A stretch of DNA of 64,000 bases from Actinomycetes bacterium (GTDB lineage Bacteria; Actinomycetota; Humimicrobiia; Humimicrobiales; Humimicrobiaceae), in contig JAIOXO010000001.1 of the NCBI GenBank assembly GCA_022396035.1, positions 129,769 to 193,768 on the forward strand, written 5' to 3'. The position numbers were made by a program, and so were the translations under genes. Numbering within the stretch: the first letter of the stretch is position 1; each line of letters starts with the position of its first letter. The notes below the pieces were generated by a model. That model made no database searches. It was not told where the DNA came from and saw nothing but the letters and a program-made list of their open reading frames with translations. Shown piece after piece: positions 22,500-32,128 of the stretch.

Positions 22500-23912
22500 C
22501 TATAAATTCTTTATCTCCGAAAGCAGTTTTTGCAGAGTATCTTTTGCATCCCCGAAAAGCATTCGTGTTTTATCATGATAAAACAAAGAATTCTCAATTG
22601 CTGCATATCCCTTACCCATTCCCCGTTTCATTACAATTATATTCTTAGCTTCCCGGGCATTGATAATGGGCATTCCGTAAATAGGGCTGGAGGGATCATC
22701 TATGGCTGCCGGATTCACCACATCATTGGCGCCTATAATAATTGCAACATCGGTGTTGGGCATATCCGGATTTATCTCATCCATCTCTACTAATTTTTCG
22801 TAAGGTACATCTGCTTCTGCAAGCAGTACGTTCATATGCCCTGGCATCCTTCCGGCAACCGGGTGGATGGCATATTTTACTTCCACTCCCCGTTCGGTAA
22901 GCAACTTATCCAGTTCGCTGCAAACATGCTGTGCCTGGGCAGCAGCCAATCCATAACCGGGAATGATAACCACCTTCTTGCTGTAATTAAGCAATACGGA
23001 GGCATCGCTAAGCGAAATTTCTTTAATGGTTCCCATTTCCTTTTCCCCTGCAGCCGCACCTCCACCACCAAATGCTCCTATAATAACGCTTAACAAAGAG
23101 CGATTCATTGCTTTGCACATCAACAGGGTAAGGATGGTTCCTGCGGCGCCTACAAATATACCGCCCAGTATCATTGCTTGGTTGTCATAAATAAAACCGG
23201 CCATGGCGGCAGCTATTCCCGTAAACGAATTCAATAATGAAATCACTACCGGCATATCGGCGCCGCCGATAGGCATAACGAAAAATACCCCATAAACCAG
23301 AGAGAGTGCAAACAGGGAATAAAGCAATATTTCTGGGGCAACTATTGGACTCTCAGCAACCAGCATAAAAGCAGTAATTCCCACTATAAGTGCCAGCATA
23401 AGCAGATTCACATATTTCATGGCAGGTGATTTCCAATCCTTTATTTTGCCATTTAACTTTCCATAGGCAATCATGCTTCCACTGAATGCTATGCTCCCGA
23501 TAATCAATCCAAGCAGTGTTACCAGCGGCGATGTATTTTTAAGGTTGGAAAACTCCATTAATGCAACCAGTGCTGATGCTCCTCCTCCGGTAGCATTATA
23601 AAAAGATACCATCTGGGGCATGGCGGTCATTTTTACCCTCCGGGCAATAACTGAACCAACCACTGTCCCTACCGAAATAACCGCTATGATAACAATTGTA
23701 TTGGTTAAAGGTATATTGTTTCCGCTATTGTCTCTGTGCAAAATAAGCGTGGTGACGATAGCCAGCAACATTCCTGCTGCAGCCCATAAATTACCCCGTT
23801 TTGCCGATTCGGGTTTGCTTAATAATTTAAGGCCAACCACAAATAATATTGCCGCTACTAGGTAGCTAAAATCAAGAATGGTTTTTCCATATTGTATGGT
23901 ATTTCCAAACAT
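22500..23912 (-). CDS. pntB: NAD(P) transhydrogenase subunit beta
   Basis: MTAMPQMV, IGGADMPVVISLLNS, PGYGLA, HPVAGRMPGHMNVLLAEA, GANDVVNPAA. Confidence 0.95.
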   Translation of the reverse strand: MFGNTIQYGKTILDFSYLVAAILFVVGLKLLSKPESAKRGNLWAAAGMLLAIVTTLILHRDNSGNNIPLTNTIVIIAVISVGTVVGSVIARRVKMTAMPQMVSFYNATGGGASALVALMEFSNLKNTSPLVTLLGLIIGSIAFSGSMIAYGKLNGKIKDWKSPAMKYVNLLMLALIVGITAFMLVAESPIVAPEILLYSLFALSLVYGVFFVMPIGGADMPVVISLLNSFTGIAAAMAGFIYDNQAMILGGIFVGAAGTILTLLMCKAMNRSLLSVIIGAFGGGGAAAGEKEMGTIKEISLSDASVLLNYSKKVVIIPGYGLAAAQAQHVCSELDKLLTERGVEVKYAIHPVAGRMPGHMNVLLAEADVPYEKLVEMDEINPDMPNTDVAIIIGANDVVNPAAIDDPSSPIYGMPIINAREAKNIIVMKRGMGKGYAAIENSLFYHDKTRMLFGDAKDTLQKLLSEIKNL

Positions 23913-23933
23913 ATCTCTATTACCCGTTCAATG

Positions 23934-24251
23934 TTAACCCTTTTTATTTTTTTTAAACATGTTAAGCATACGGTCGGTAACCACAAATCCTCCGGCAACG
24001 TTTAGCGTGCCAAAAAGTACGGCCATTATTCCCAGCACCAATTCAAGTGAGAATTCGGAAAGATCAGCATGTCCTAAAAGAATGATGCCCCCGATAATAA
24101 TTACCCCGCTAATTGCATTAGCTCCAGACATAAGCGGCGTATGTAGTACAGAGGGTACATTTGAAATTACTTCAATGCCAAGGAATATAGACAATAAAAT
24201 AATAAAAATGGCTTCCCTGTTTTCACTAAAATAGATAAGTACCTGTTCCAT
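23934..24251 (-). CDS. pntA: NAD(P) transhydrogenase subunit alpha, part 2 (membrane)
   Basis: LHTPLMSGANAISG, NVAGGFVVTDRML. Confidence 0.93.
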   Translation of the reverse strand: MEQVLIYFSENREAIFIILLSIFLGIEVISNVPSVLHTPLMSGANAISGVIIIGGIILLGHADLSEFSLELVLGIMAVLFGTLNVAGGFVVTDRMLNMFKKNKKG

Positions 24252-24261
24252 AGCTTTAGAT

Positions 24262-25383
24262 TTATATCACTGATTTTACTCGTTCGTTTACAATTTTACC
24301 CTTATGAGTCAGACAAGTTCCCTTTACAATCTCGTCTTCAAAATTAAGCTCAAGATTTCCTTCCTCATCAATAATCAGTTTCAGAAAATTAAGTATATTT
24401 TTCCCGAACATGTTACTTGCAACATTGGGCATGTCTGATGGGTAATTTGATTTACCTATAATCGTAACCTTATTATACTGAATCACTTCGTTATTCTGGG
24501 TAATTTGGCAATTACCTCCCGTAGATGCTGCCAAGTCCACAATAACTGAACCAGCCTTCATATTTTCAACCGTTTCTTTATGTATCAATATGGGTGCTTT
24601 TTTACCAGGAATTTGTGCAGTACAAATGACCACGTCGGCAGCCAAAGAATGCCTGTGTATCAATTCACCCTGCCGTTTTTTAAAGTCCTGCGTCTGGTCA
24701 ACAGCATAACCACCTGTATTCTTACCCACAGTTACACCTTCAACCTCTATAAATCTGCCTCCCAGGCTTTCCACCTCTTCTTTTACCGCCGCCCGTACAT
24801 CAAATACCTCAACCACAGCACCTAATTTTCGCGATATGGCAATAGCCTGCAAGCCTGCTACACCTGCTCCCAGGATTAGCACTTTTGCCGGTTTGATGGT
24901 ACCCACCGCTGACATAAACATCGGAAAAAACCTTGGTAAATGAAAAGCCGCATCAAGGACAGCTTTATAGCCAGCAATGGTAGCCATGGAGGATAGTGTA
25001 TCCATTGCTTGTGCCCGGGTAATCCGGGGTATTAGCTCCATGCTAAAAGAGGTAATTTCATTCTCAGCCAAGCCTGCTACAAGCTCCTTATTGAAAAAAG
25101 GGTTGAGTATTGCCACTATTACTTTCTCCCGGGACAGTAACTTTAACTCACTTTGGCCAAAAGGATTAATCATTATCAACATATCTGATTTTTTGAATAT
25201 TTCTTCTCTGGCTGCGATTGAGGCGCCGGCTTCCCTATACTCAGAATCAGAAACCATCGACCGTTCCCCGGCCCCTTTTTCAACACCCACATTCACCTTT
25301 AGAGCTGTGAGTGCTTTCACCACTTCGGCCATTATAGCTACACGATTTTCATAACCTGGTTCTTTGAGTATGCCTAGCTCCAT
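24262..25383 (-). CDS. pntA: NAD(P) transhydrogenase subunit alpha, part 1
   Basis: PRITRAQAMD, GAGVAGLQA, GGYA, TAQIPGKKAP, DLAASTGGNC. Confidence 0.95.
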   Translation of the reverse strand: MELGILKEPGYENRVAIMAEVVKALTALKVNVGVEKGAGERSMVSDSEYREAGASIAAREEIFKKSDMLIMINPFGQSELKLLSREKVIVAILNPFFNKELVAGLAENEITSFSMELIPRITRAQAMDTLSSMATIAGYKAVLDAAFHLPRFFPMFMSAVGTIKPAKVLILGAGVAGLQAIAISRKLGAVVEVFDVRAAVKEEVESLGGRFIEVEGVTVGKNTGGYAVDQTQDFKKRQGELIHRHSLAADVVICTAQIPGKKAPILIHKETVENMKAGSVIVDLAASTGGNCQITQNNEVIQYNKVTIIGKSNYPSDMPNVASNMFGKNILNFLKLIIDEEGNLELNFEDEIVKGTCLTHKGKIVNERVKSVI

Positions 25384-25469
25384 TATATTTCCAATAAGCC
25401 TTGTTTCGATTATTAAACTTCTTAATGTTGTAAAGTCTCCAAAGATATATTGTTTCCTTTTATCATCAT

Positions 25470-25522
25470 TATACCCTTACCCTGTATCTGTACAGGGTAC
25501 ATGTATTGTTTATAAATGTCAA
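25470..25522 (-). promoter_or_regulatory. Promoter with CsoR-type operator upstream of pntA
   Basis: TATACCCTTACCCTGTATCTGTA plus a 9-bp inverted repeat TACCCTGTA-N4-TACAGGGTA (25478-25499); TTGACA at 25517-25522 on the minus strand. Confidence 0.65.
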
Positions 25523-25558
25523 GCCCCCGAATTAATTTTGTCATTTAAGTTTTATCTA

Positions 25559-26820
25559 TGAAAAGTGCACACCTCAGGCTATAATCAGACCAAAAACAGA
25601 AAGGTCACAAGATTATGGCGCAGATCCACAAAAGGTTTGGTTATAATGAGGTAAAAGCCCTTCTTGGAAAATACATAAAGAAGGAAGTGGAAAGAAAATA
25701 TATTGAAGAGATTTTGGGCATTAAGAAAAGAAGGTTCTTTGAACTTTTAAAAAGTTACAAGGAGGACCCAGATTCCTTTACCGTAAAGTATAAGAGAAAA
25801 AAACCCACAAGAAGGATTGGCAAAGAAACAGAAGAGGCCATACTGACTGAGCTGAAGATAGAAAAAGACCTCATAGATTTAGATGATAATCCCATAGTAG
25901 ACTATAACTACAGCTATATAAAGGACAGGCTTGAAAGCAAGCACTATACAAAGGCAGCACTGCCCACCATAATTGACAGGGCTAAAAGATATGGATTTTA
26001 CATGAAGAAAAAAAGGAAAGCTGCGCCATGACCGGGAAGTGGTCACAAAGTATGCCGGAGAACTCATACAGCATGACAGCTCCCACCACAAGTGGAGTCC
26101 CTGTTCGGATAAGAAATGGTATCTTATCACCTCCACCGGTGACTGCAGCAGATTCCTTCTCTACTGAAACCTGGTGGAGACCGAGACTTCCTGGGCTCAT
26201 ATATGTGCTATAGAGGATGTGGCCCTAGCTTACGGGCTTGCCTACTCCTATTATTTTGATTGCCACTCCATATTCAGATTTGTCCAGGGCAGGGACTCTT
26301 TCTGGAGAAAGCATTATAAGGTGACAGATGATGTAGACCCCCAGGTAAAAAAGATACTAATAGATCCGGGAGTAAAGGTAAGATATCCACTCCTCTCCAC
26401 AGGCAAAAGGCCGGATAGAGCGGTTGTGGGGGGTTTCTGTAGGACAGACTGTTGGTAGAGTTTAGCCTAAACGGGATAAAAGATATTGATTCTGCCAATC
26501 TGTTTATGGGTAAGTATATTAAAAAATTTAACCAAAGATTTTCTGTGGTTTCCAAGGGGGAACCTGTTTTCAGGAAACTTTCTCAGGCAATAAATATCGA
26601 TTATATACTGTGCTCTAAAACCCCCAGAAACTTGATAACGGTTTGAGCATTTACATTTAAGGGAGAGGCTACTATCAGCTGATATCCGGCCGAAAGCCTG
26701 CTGCCACTATTGCCCGTTTTAAGCTAAAGGTACTTCTAAGCAGCCGGATAGAAATAAAGGCAGAGTATCGGGCAAGGTATACTCTCTTGCCAGGATAGAA
26801 AAACCTAAAGCTAAAGGAGG
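25559..26820 (+). pseudogene. Decayed IS481/ISNCY-like transposase, apparently chimeric, with left end
   Basis: MAQIHKRF..., frameshifted AGELIQHDSSHH, SPQAKGRIERLW, an in-frame stop, then KDIDSANLF and DYILCSK. TGAAAAGTGCACAC at 25559. Confidence 0.7.
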
Positions 26821-26892
26821 CTAGAAGGTTAAAAAAGACAGAAGGATTACTCATAAAAAGGTAAAACGTATGGATCCCATAGCTTTGACAGG

Positions 26893-26927
26893 TATTAATA
26901 TGGTGGAGGCGGCGGGAATCGAACCCG
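26893..26927 (-). repeat. 35-bp duplication of the tmRNA 3' end (att-like junction)
   Basis: TATTAATATGGTGGAGGCGGCGGGAATCGAACCCG is identical to 32837-32871. Confidence 0.95.
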
Positions 26928-27101
26928 AAGGTTACTGCATCTTAATAGCTATTATGCACAGTTATTGGGTATTGCCTTATAGGGCCTTCCCTATATCTGA
27001 CCTGCTAAAGTTTAGAATTCAGGATTTGTTCCAATTTATTTGCTTTTATGGGGTTGTGTTCAGTCCTTGACATTTTCTTGACATCTAAGACCAAAACCTT
27101 G

Positions 27102-28130
27102 TTATTGGGGGTAATAGAGGTCCTGATACCACTGGACCCAATCAGTTGATAACGGGTTATCTACTTCCTTCACTCTTTTTATAAGCTTATCGGATGTAAA
27201 TGCGAAAAATCTATCGCTGTGGTCTATTAGCTTCTCATATTTTGATATGGTTGGCTCTAGTGATTTGTTGTCAGGATGATAAACAACTGAAAAATATACC
27301 TTTTTATATGGCCATTGAGATGGGCTGGAAGATTCAATACTTGTAGCAAGGAGCTGATTGCGCCATAACTGGTTCATACCCCCCTTAAAGGGGCATTGGT
27401 CATATTTACTGATCAGGTCAGCCTTAAATGGAGATACCTCTCCCAGAGTAATGTTCCAATAGCTGTAGTTACACTTGCTATGATAATAGCAGCGATTAGG
27501 ATCCTTAAGTATTGAACTTGCAGGATAGCATTTATGGCATGGCAAACATCCTTTGGCTTTATATCCCCCACAGGTGGTAAATTCTTTTTCAGTCAATTTA
27601 TGTTCGATTAACCACAGGTTAAGATTGCCCTCATAATCATAATAGGCAATCGCTATATCTGCATCAGTACCGCTTGCCTTATTGTGATCACGTAGCATAT
27701 TATCCGGCTCATCCCAAAACTCGATTCTAAATCCACTGTCAAGAAAGCCAGTTGCGATCTGTTTGAGATCTTCTTTAACACAGCTTAAAACCTTATCAGC
27801 AGTGTTGGGATCTTCCAATATTGGTAAAAATAAGTTGGCGCATGCGGCTTGAGAGCTTGCCATGTTAGCCCCTAAAAACTTATGACTCTTAAAATGTAAT
27901 TTCTGCTGATGGGATAAGAAGTGTTTCTTTACACTCGGGTATAACGGATACAATTGGCCCCTTAACTTGTCAGGGATAAACAAGTCGTAATAAATACCTC
28001 TATATAAACCTGGGTCCTTGCATATATTGGCCCATTTCCAGTCAATTAAATGAGTATATATCTTAAGCTGAAAGTCTGTAAGCACACTAGGAAGCCGGTA
28101 TTCTTTTCCGTTTATTTTATAAATCTTCAT
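27102..28130 (-). CDS. Putative PD-(D/E)xK restriction-endonuclease-like protein (PGN_0703-like)
   Basis: SSQAACANLF, TDADIAI, LIEHKLTE, CPF, NQLWRNQLLA; Cys-rich. Confidence 0.7.
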   Translation of the reverse strand: MKIYKINGKEYRLPSVLTDFQLKIYTHLIDWKWANICKDPGLYRGIYYDLFIPDKLRGQLYPLYPSVKKHFLSHQQKLHFKSHKFLGANMASSQAACANLFLPILEDPNTADKVLSCVKEDLKQIATGFLDSGFRIEFWDEPDNMLRDHNKASGTDADIAIAYYDYEGNLNLWLIEHKLTEKEFTTCGGYKAKGCLPCHKCYPASSILKDPNRCYYHSKCNYSYWNITLGEVSPFKADLISKYDQCPFKGGMNQLWRNQLLATSIESSSPSQWPYKKVYFSVVYHPDNKSLEPTISKYEKLIDHSDRFFAFTSDKLIKRVKEVDNPLSTDWVQWYQDLYYPQ

Positions 28131-28151
28131 AATCTTTTAGCTTAAGACTAT

Positions 28152-28883
28152 CTAAAAATCCATTTCAATTAATACTATATTGTGATCGCTAAATCTTCTG
28201 ACCTCTTCATTGTCTAGGATCTCATATTTTAAAAACATGCCCTTAAGGGAATTGCTCATAAAAAAGTAGTCATTTTGCCAGGTTTTTTTACTTTTTGCAT
28301 GACGAAGTTTTTGCACATAATCTTTGTTATCAGATAACTTGTAAACATCACTTAATCCAAAATCCTTGATTCTATCAAAAAGAATCTGGTGAGACCTGTT
28401 ACCCTGAATATCATCGAGCTGTGTGCTTGCATTTAGGTCACCGCCCATTACAATCTTTCTATTCCCTCCGATGTGCCCATTAAACAGACCGGTTAGGTCT
28501 GATATTATCCGATGAAGGTTTGTAATGGAATACCCTTTGCAAGGGCCATTGGATTCCATAAGGCCATACAGGGATATAAAGGTTATCATATGGCCACCTA
28601 TTTTTATATTTCCAATTACAAAGGCTCCCCTAAATTGTGTATCTAGTTCCTCTTGGACTAACTTGTACTTTGGACTGTAAATGCCTGAACCCCAATTGCG
28701 GCTTTGGCCAATCATTTCCCAAACAAGGTTAGCCTCCTGGTTTTTTATTTCCTTGGTTGGGCTTGCTTCCTGGAAAAGATAGATATCCGCTTTTACACCA
28801 TTTAAGAAGTAATCCCATGCTTGGCCCTGCAAGGATTGGTGTTTCCAGTAATCCATATTCCAGGTTGTAATTCTTATAATCAT
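28152..28883 (-). CDS. Endonuclease/exonuclease/phosphatase (EEP) family protein
   Basis: ITTWNM, DIYLFQE, MGGDLNA, NDYFF, SDHNIV. Confidence 0.88.
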   Translation of the reverse strand: MIIRITTWNMDYWKHQSLQGQAWDYFLNGVKADIYLFQEASPTKEIKNQEANLVWEMIGQSRNWGSGIYSPKYKLVQEELDTQFRGAFVIGNIKIGGHMITFISLYGLMESNGPCKGYSITNLHRIISDLTGLFNGHIGGNRKIVMGGDLNASTQLDDIQGNRSHQILFDRIKDFGLSDVYKLSDNKDYVQKLRHAKSKKTWQNDYFFMSNSLKGMFLKYEILDNEEVRRFSDHNIVLIEMDF

Positions 28884-28985
28884 ATTTACCCTATTAGTTT
28901 CTAATAGCTCTAGCCCTAAAGGGCTGCCTTCTAATAGTTAAGTTTGATTATAATAAAATATGTGTTTGTTATCTATCACCAAATT

Positions 28986-29049
28986 TATGCACTTCTTCTT
29001 CCAAATATGGGAAGAGATGCGGTAAAGCAATTGGAGGGGATACTGGCAA
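28986..29049. repeat. Conserved hairpin-containing repeat, copy A (copy B at 30997-31062)
   Basis: TATGCA-N3-CTTCTTCC-N7-GGAAGAGATGC...GTAAA...CTGGCAA occurs in both copies. Confidence 0.75.
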
Positions 29050-29500
29050 AAATTTATTTCATATATACTTAAAGTAAAAAAGGGTTATCTAAAAATCCCT
29101 GTTTTTGCTCGTTAATTAGCTCCTATTCAACCTTTATTTCACCATTAAAAAAAATAACTGTAATGCTGCTTTTACTCTATTGTCAGCTATTGCCTAAATT
29201 ATGAAATGCTAAAAATTACTGTCGGCCCGTTTTATATAGCAAAAACCCAAGAAATATTTCTCGGGAAGCTATCTTCTTATTCTTTATTGTTCGATACTAT
29301 TCTTTGCCCATGGAATAGGACAAGCTTCGAACCTATTTGGTGGGAAAACAATCAATAAAATTCACCTATCTTATTCAATCTCTGCACCTGCAATTTCTAT
29401 TACGGTGAGAGACTGGACAGCCTCGAACTTATTCAATTAAAATTTATCTTTCTTACGCATCAAACCAACCTTCAGTACATACACCAGCTTTTTTTATTTG

Positions 29501-29535
29501 AAATAAAAGGAAGACCGCCTATTAAGCGATCTTCC
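29501..29535 (-). terminator. Intrinsic terminator after the 29550-30548 gene
   Basis: Minus strand GGAAGAUCGC-loop-GCGGUCUUCC-UUUUAUUU. Confidence 0.75.
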
Positions 29536-29549
29536 CTTGTGATTAGTCG

Positions 29550-30548
29550 TTATTGTCTAATCATATTCCACTCTGCAGGTTCTCCATCTTCGCCCCTGTA
29601 CTCTCCATCATTACCATGTCTACTTATGCCACTAGCTGTATCACAATCAACCATGATGCCCTCATATTCTGCGAAGTAACCATCATCAACGTAACCTTCT
29701 CTGTTGTAATGCATTTCGATTATATCTCCCACGACAGTGCCTTCGATATTGCCCCAGATAATGTTTTCATCTGGGTGCCACCTTTTACCAGTAAACGTCC
29801 CATCTGCTTGCTGCTCATCTATGACTATTAAACTGGTACTCCTAGTTCCTACTGTCTGAGACCAAGTGCCAATTATGTCATGGCTGAGCTGGAACTCACT
29901 TGATAGGGCGCTAGTGCCTGTCCAATTTCTAATTTCAGAGTCTTTGACCCAAATCCTGAGCTGATATGTTCCAACTGTTTCATAAGACAACCCCTCAAAT
30001 ATGACTTCACCATTAGCATCTGTGAACTCAGAACCTGGGAAATCTTTTTCTCTTATTAAACTTGCCTTCATTTCAAGGCCTTCAACAGGATTGCCGTGAA
30101 CGTCTTTCACTATAGCAGTTGGATAGTTACCTTCAAGGTCTTTAATCTCTTGGCACACAAAACCGTCTGCAATATCTACCACATATTCTATAGACAGACC
30201 TGTTGGAATACCCGCTCCTAACCCTACCAGATAGTTGTATACTGCCTGATAATAAGCCTCTTCGTCACACTTTTCTATAAAGGTTTCTCCGTCCCAATCA
30301 CCATACCAATTATAGGCCGGGAACGCAGCCTTGTTAGTCATTGTCTGGGCAACATCTCTAATGTAGTTGCCTCCATCACGACCCGATCCATATCGAGCAT
30401 CTACCCCTGCTTCTTCTAATAGTTGACCTGCTATATCGGGTGCCGCAAGACACTCATCAGTATTATTTTCTTCTCCCAGTAATACAGCCGGAAAACTGAA
30501 CATAACCACCAGCGATATCACCAGTATTGCAATTATTAGCTTTTTCAC
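29550..30548 (-). CDS. Secreted acidic protein with an Ig-like (Big-1-like) segment
   Basis: Signal peptide MKKLIIAILVISLVVMFSFPAVLLG; AIVKDVHGNPVEG ... TDANGEVIF. Confidence 0.75.
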   Translation of the reverse strand: MKKLIIAILVISLVVMFSFPAVLLGEENNTDECLAAPDIAGQLLEEAGVDARYGSGRDGGNYIRDVAQTMTNKAAFPAYNWYGDWDGETFIEKCDEEAYYQAVYNYLVGLGAGIPTGLSIEYVVDIADGFVCQEIKDLEGNYPTAIVKDVHGNPVEGLEMKASLIREKDFPGSEFTDANGEVIFEGLSYETVGTYQLRIWVKDSEIRNWTGTSALSSEFQLSHDIIGTWSQTVGTRSTSLIVIDEQQADGTFTGKRWHPDENIIWGNIEGTVVGDIIEMHYNREGYVDDGYFAEYEGIMVDCDTASGISRHGNDGEYRGEDGEPAEWNMIRQ

Positions 30549-30635
30549 GATTTCCCCCTCTTATATGTTTTATAATTTGTTAAACTGGTTTAAGAATAAA
30601 ACAGCCCCTCTCTCTAAACATTGTATTTTTCTTAG

Positions 30636-30736
30636 AAATAAAAAACCGACCAAACTTAAATCAATTTAGTCGGTTACGCTACTCACTCCACTTCCCTAAG
30701 CGTCCATCTTTGGGTAAGCTTCAGTGTACCTAAATT
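30636..30736 (-). promoter_or_regulatory. c-di-GMP-II-like riboswitch with intrinsic-terminator expression platform
   Basis: AAUUUAG..CACUGAA..GGACGCUU..GAGUGAGUAGCGUAACCGACUAAAUU, then terminator ACCGAC...GUCGGUUUUUU; matches the class II architecture. Confidence 0.8.
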
Positions 30737-30926
30737 ATTATATATGTATTAAATTATTATAATGTTTCAATGTAATATAATTATATTTTAATGTCAATTA
30801 ATAATTTGTTTATTTCGTGACCAATTAACTTTGCTAAACTACTTCTTATTAAACCCTTGCCGTTTTCAGCACTCAACCTACGATTGGCGCTAAAAGGTAA
30901 TGGTCCCTTAGAATTGTCTGACGGTT

Positions 30927-30950
30927 ATATAGTGGAGGCGACAGAAATCG
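30927..30950 (-). repeat. Degenerate copy of the tmRNA 3' end (att-like junction)
   Basis: ATATAGTGGAGGCGACAGAAATCG matches 20/24 to ATATGGTGGAGGCGGCGGGAATCG; the flank 30841-30926 resembles 32753-32836. Confidence 0.7.
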
Positions 30951-30996
30951 CATTTCTTAAGAATCAGATATTCAAAACCCAACATTGCACATTATA

Positions 30997-31062
30997 TATG
31001 CATAGCTTCTTCCTAATATAGGAAGAGATGCTGCGTAAAACCATTTGAAGATATGCTGGCAA
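30997..31062. repeat. Conserved hairpin-containing repeat, copy B
   Basis: Same motif as 28986-29049. Confidence 0.75.
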
Positions 31063-31072
31063 GGGGATCTTT

Positions 31073-31114
31073 ATAAACAAATAAGCGGGCACCTATTTTT
31101 AGATGCCCGCTTAT
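31073..31114 (-). terminator. Intrinsic terminator after the LPXTG gene
   Basis: Inverted repeat ATAAGCGGGCA ... TGCCCGCTTAT followed by T-rich sequence on the minus strand. Confidence 0.75.
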
Positions 31115-31134
31115 CTAGACCCGTATTAATAATT

Positions 31135-32088
31135 TTAAGGAGTATTCCTTCTTAGCTTATTTGCTGCAACCATGAGGCCGCCGCCGGCAACAAGCATTCC
31201 CAGTCCCATAAAGACATATACCCAATCAAATCCGGTATAGGGTAGTTCTTCGGTAACACCTAATACTTCTACAGTTTCTTCGGTTATTCCTGCTGTTTCC
31301 ACTACTTCTTCCCCGGAGACTGTAACTTCTTCAACTTTCCCCATAATTCCAAAGTCTACATAAATAGAGTGATCTGCAGAGACATTTTCAAATGTGTATG
31401 TTTCTACTGCTCCTATGTATGCTCCATCAACCGAAACATCGGAAATCTCATAATTTTCATCCCTGGGTGTTATTGTATAGGTCTGGTTTTCACCCTCTGT
31501 TACTGCTAGCTCACCAAGGGGGGTTATAGTTCCACCATTACCAGTTGAAGAAGTTATAACATATGTAGCAAGAGGCAGCACTTCAACTGCCAGAGATGAA
31601 ACCGGTGTACTTTTTTTGGGCTCTTCATTTTGTTTTTCAGTTACAGTAATAGTAGATGTGGATTCATCACTTCCATTCCCATCTCCATCTGGTGTGAAAT
31701 AATTGTAAGTAACTGTAGCCTTATTTATCAACTCTCCAATGTCATCTTCTGTAACAACATATTCGTAATTAATGGTGTAAGGAAAATCATCTTTAAATAG
31801 GGTACCGATATCTCCTTTTTCACCTAAATCTACGAGGCTATCCACCACCTTAACATTCCGGAATTCTTCTCCAAGTCCTGACAAATCAAGTTGTTGCGCA
31901 TTGGCAACATATCCATCTACTCCCTCTTCTGGATTTGGAGGTGAACTTTGATAACTTAAGACTATAGTATGGGTTACAGTATCTCCCGGGTTGGCTTCAG
32001 TCTTGTCAGCAGATTTGCTTATAGATACGCAACCGGACATAAATACCACTAATCCAATTAGTGTAGCGATAGTTAAAAACTTTTTCAT
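31135..32088 (-). CDS. Surface protein with N-terminal lipobox, DUF11-like and beta-repeat domains, and an LPXTG sorting signal
   Basis: Start ATG 32088 MKKFLTIATLIGLVVFMSGC; ISKSADKTEANPGDTVT; ITSSTGNGGTITP...YTFENVSADHSI; LPYTG + TM + KLRR. Confidence 0.82.
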   Translation of the reverse strand: MKKFLTIATLIGLVVFMSGCVSISKSADKTEANPGDTVTHTIVLSYQSSPPNPEEGVDGYVANAQQLDLSGLGEEFRNVKVVDSLVDLGEKGDIGTLFKDDFPYTINYEYVVTEDDIGELINKATVTYNYFTPDGDGNGSDESTSTITVTEKQNEEPKKSTPVSSLAVEVLPLATYVITSSTGNGGTITPLGELAVTEGENQTYTITPRDENYEISDVSVDGAYIGAVETYTFENVSADHSIYVDFGIMGKVEEVTVSGEEVVETAGITEETVEVLGVTEELPYTGFDWVYVFMGLGMLVAGGGLMVAANKLRRNTP

Positions 32089-32128
32089 TACTTGTCTTTC
32101 TTTGTAGTAATTTATCAAAACTCTAATT

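Noticed and set aside
22500-25383. Split pntA as a frameshifted pseudogene
   Set aside because: The three-gene alpha1/alpha2/beta arrangement is a known natural architecture, and each ORF is intact.
26893-26927. Possible tRNA gene (T-arm and CCA on the minus strand)
   Set aside because: Only the 3' portion is present and it is identical to the tmRNA end, so it is an att-like duplication. The ORF 26870-27070 across it is treated as spurious.
29050-29500. AT-rich non-coding stretch as a hidden gene or RNA
   Set aside because: I found no sustained ORF, motif or convincing structure.
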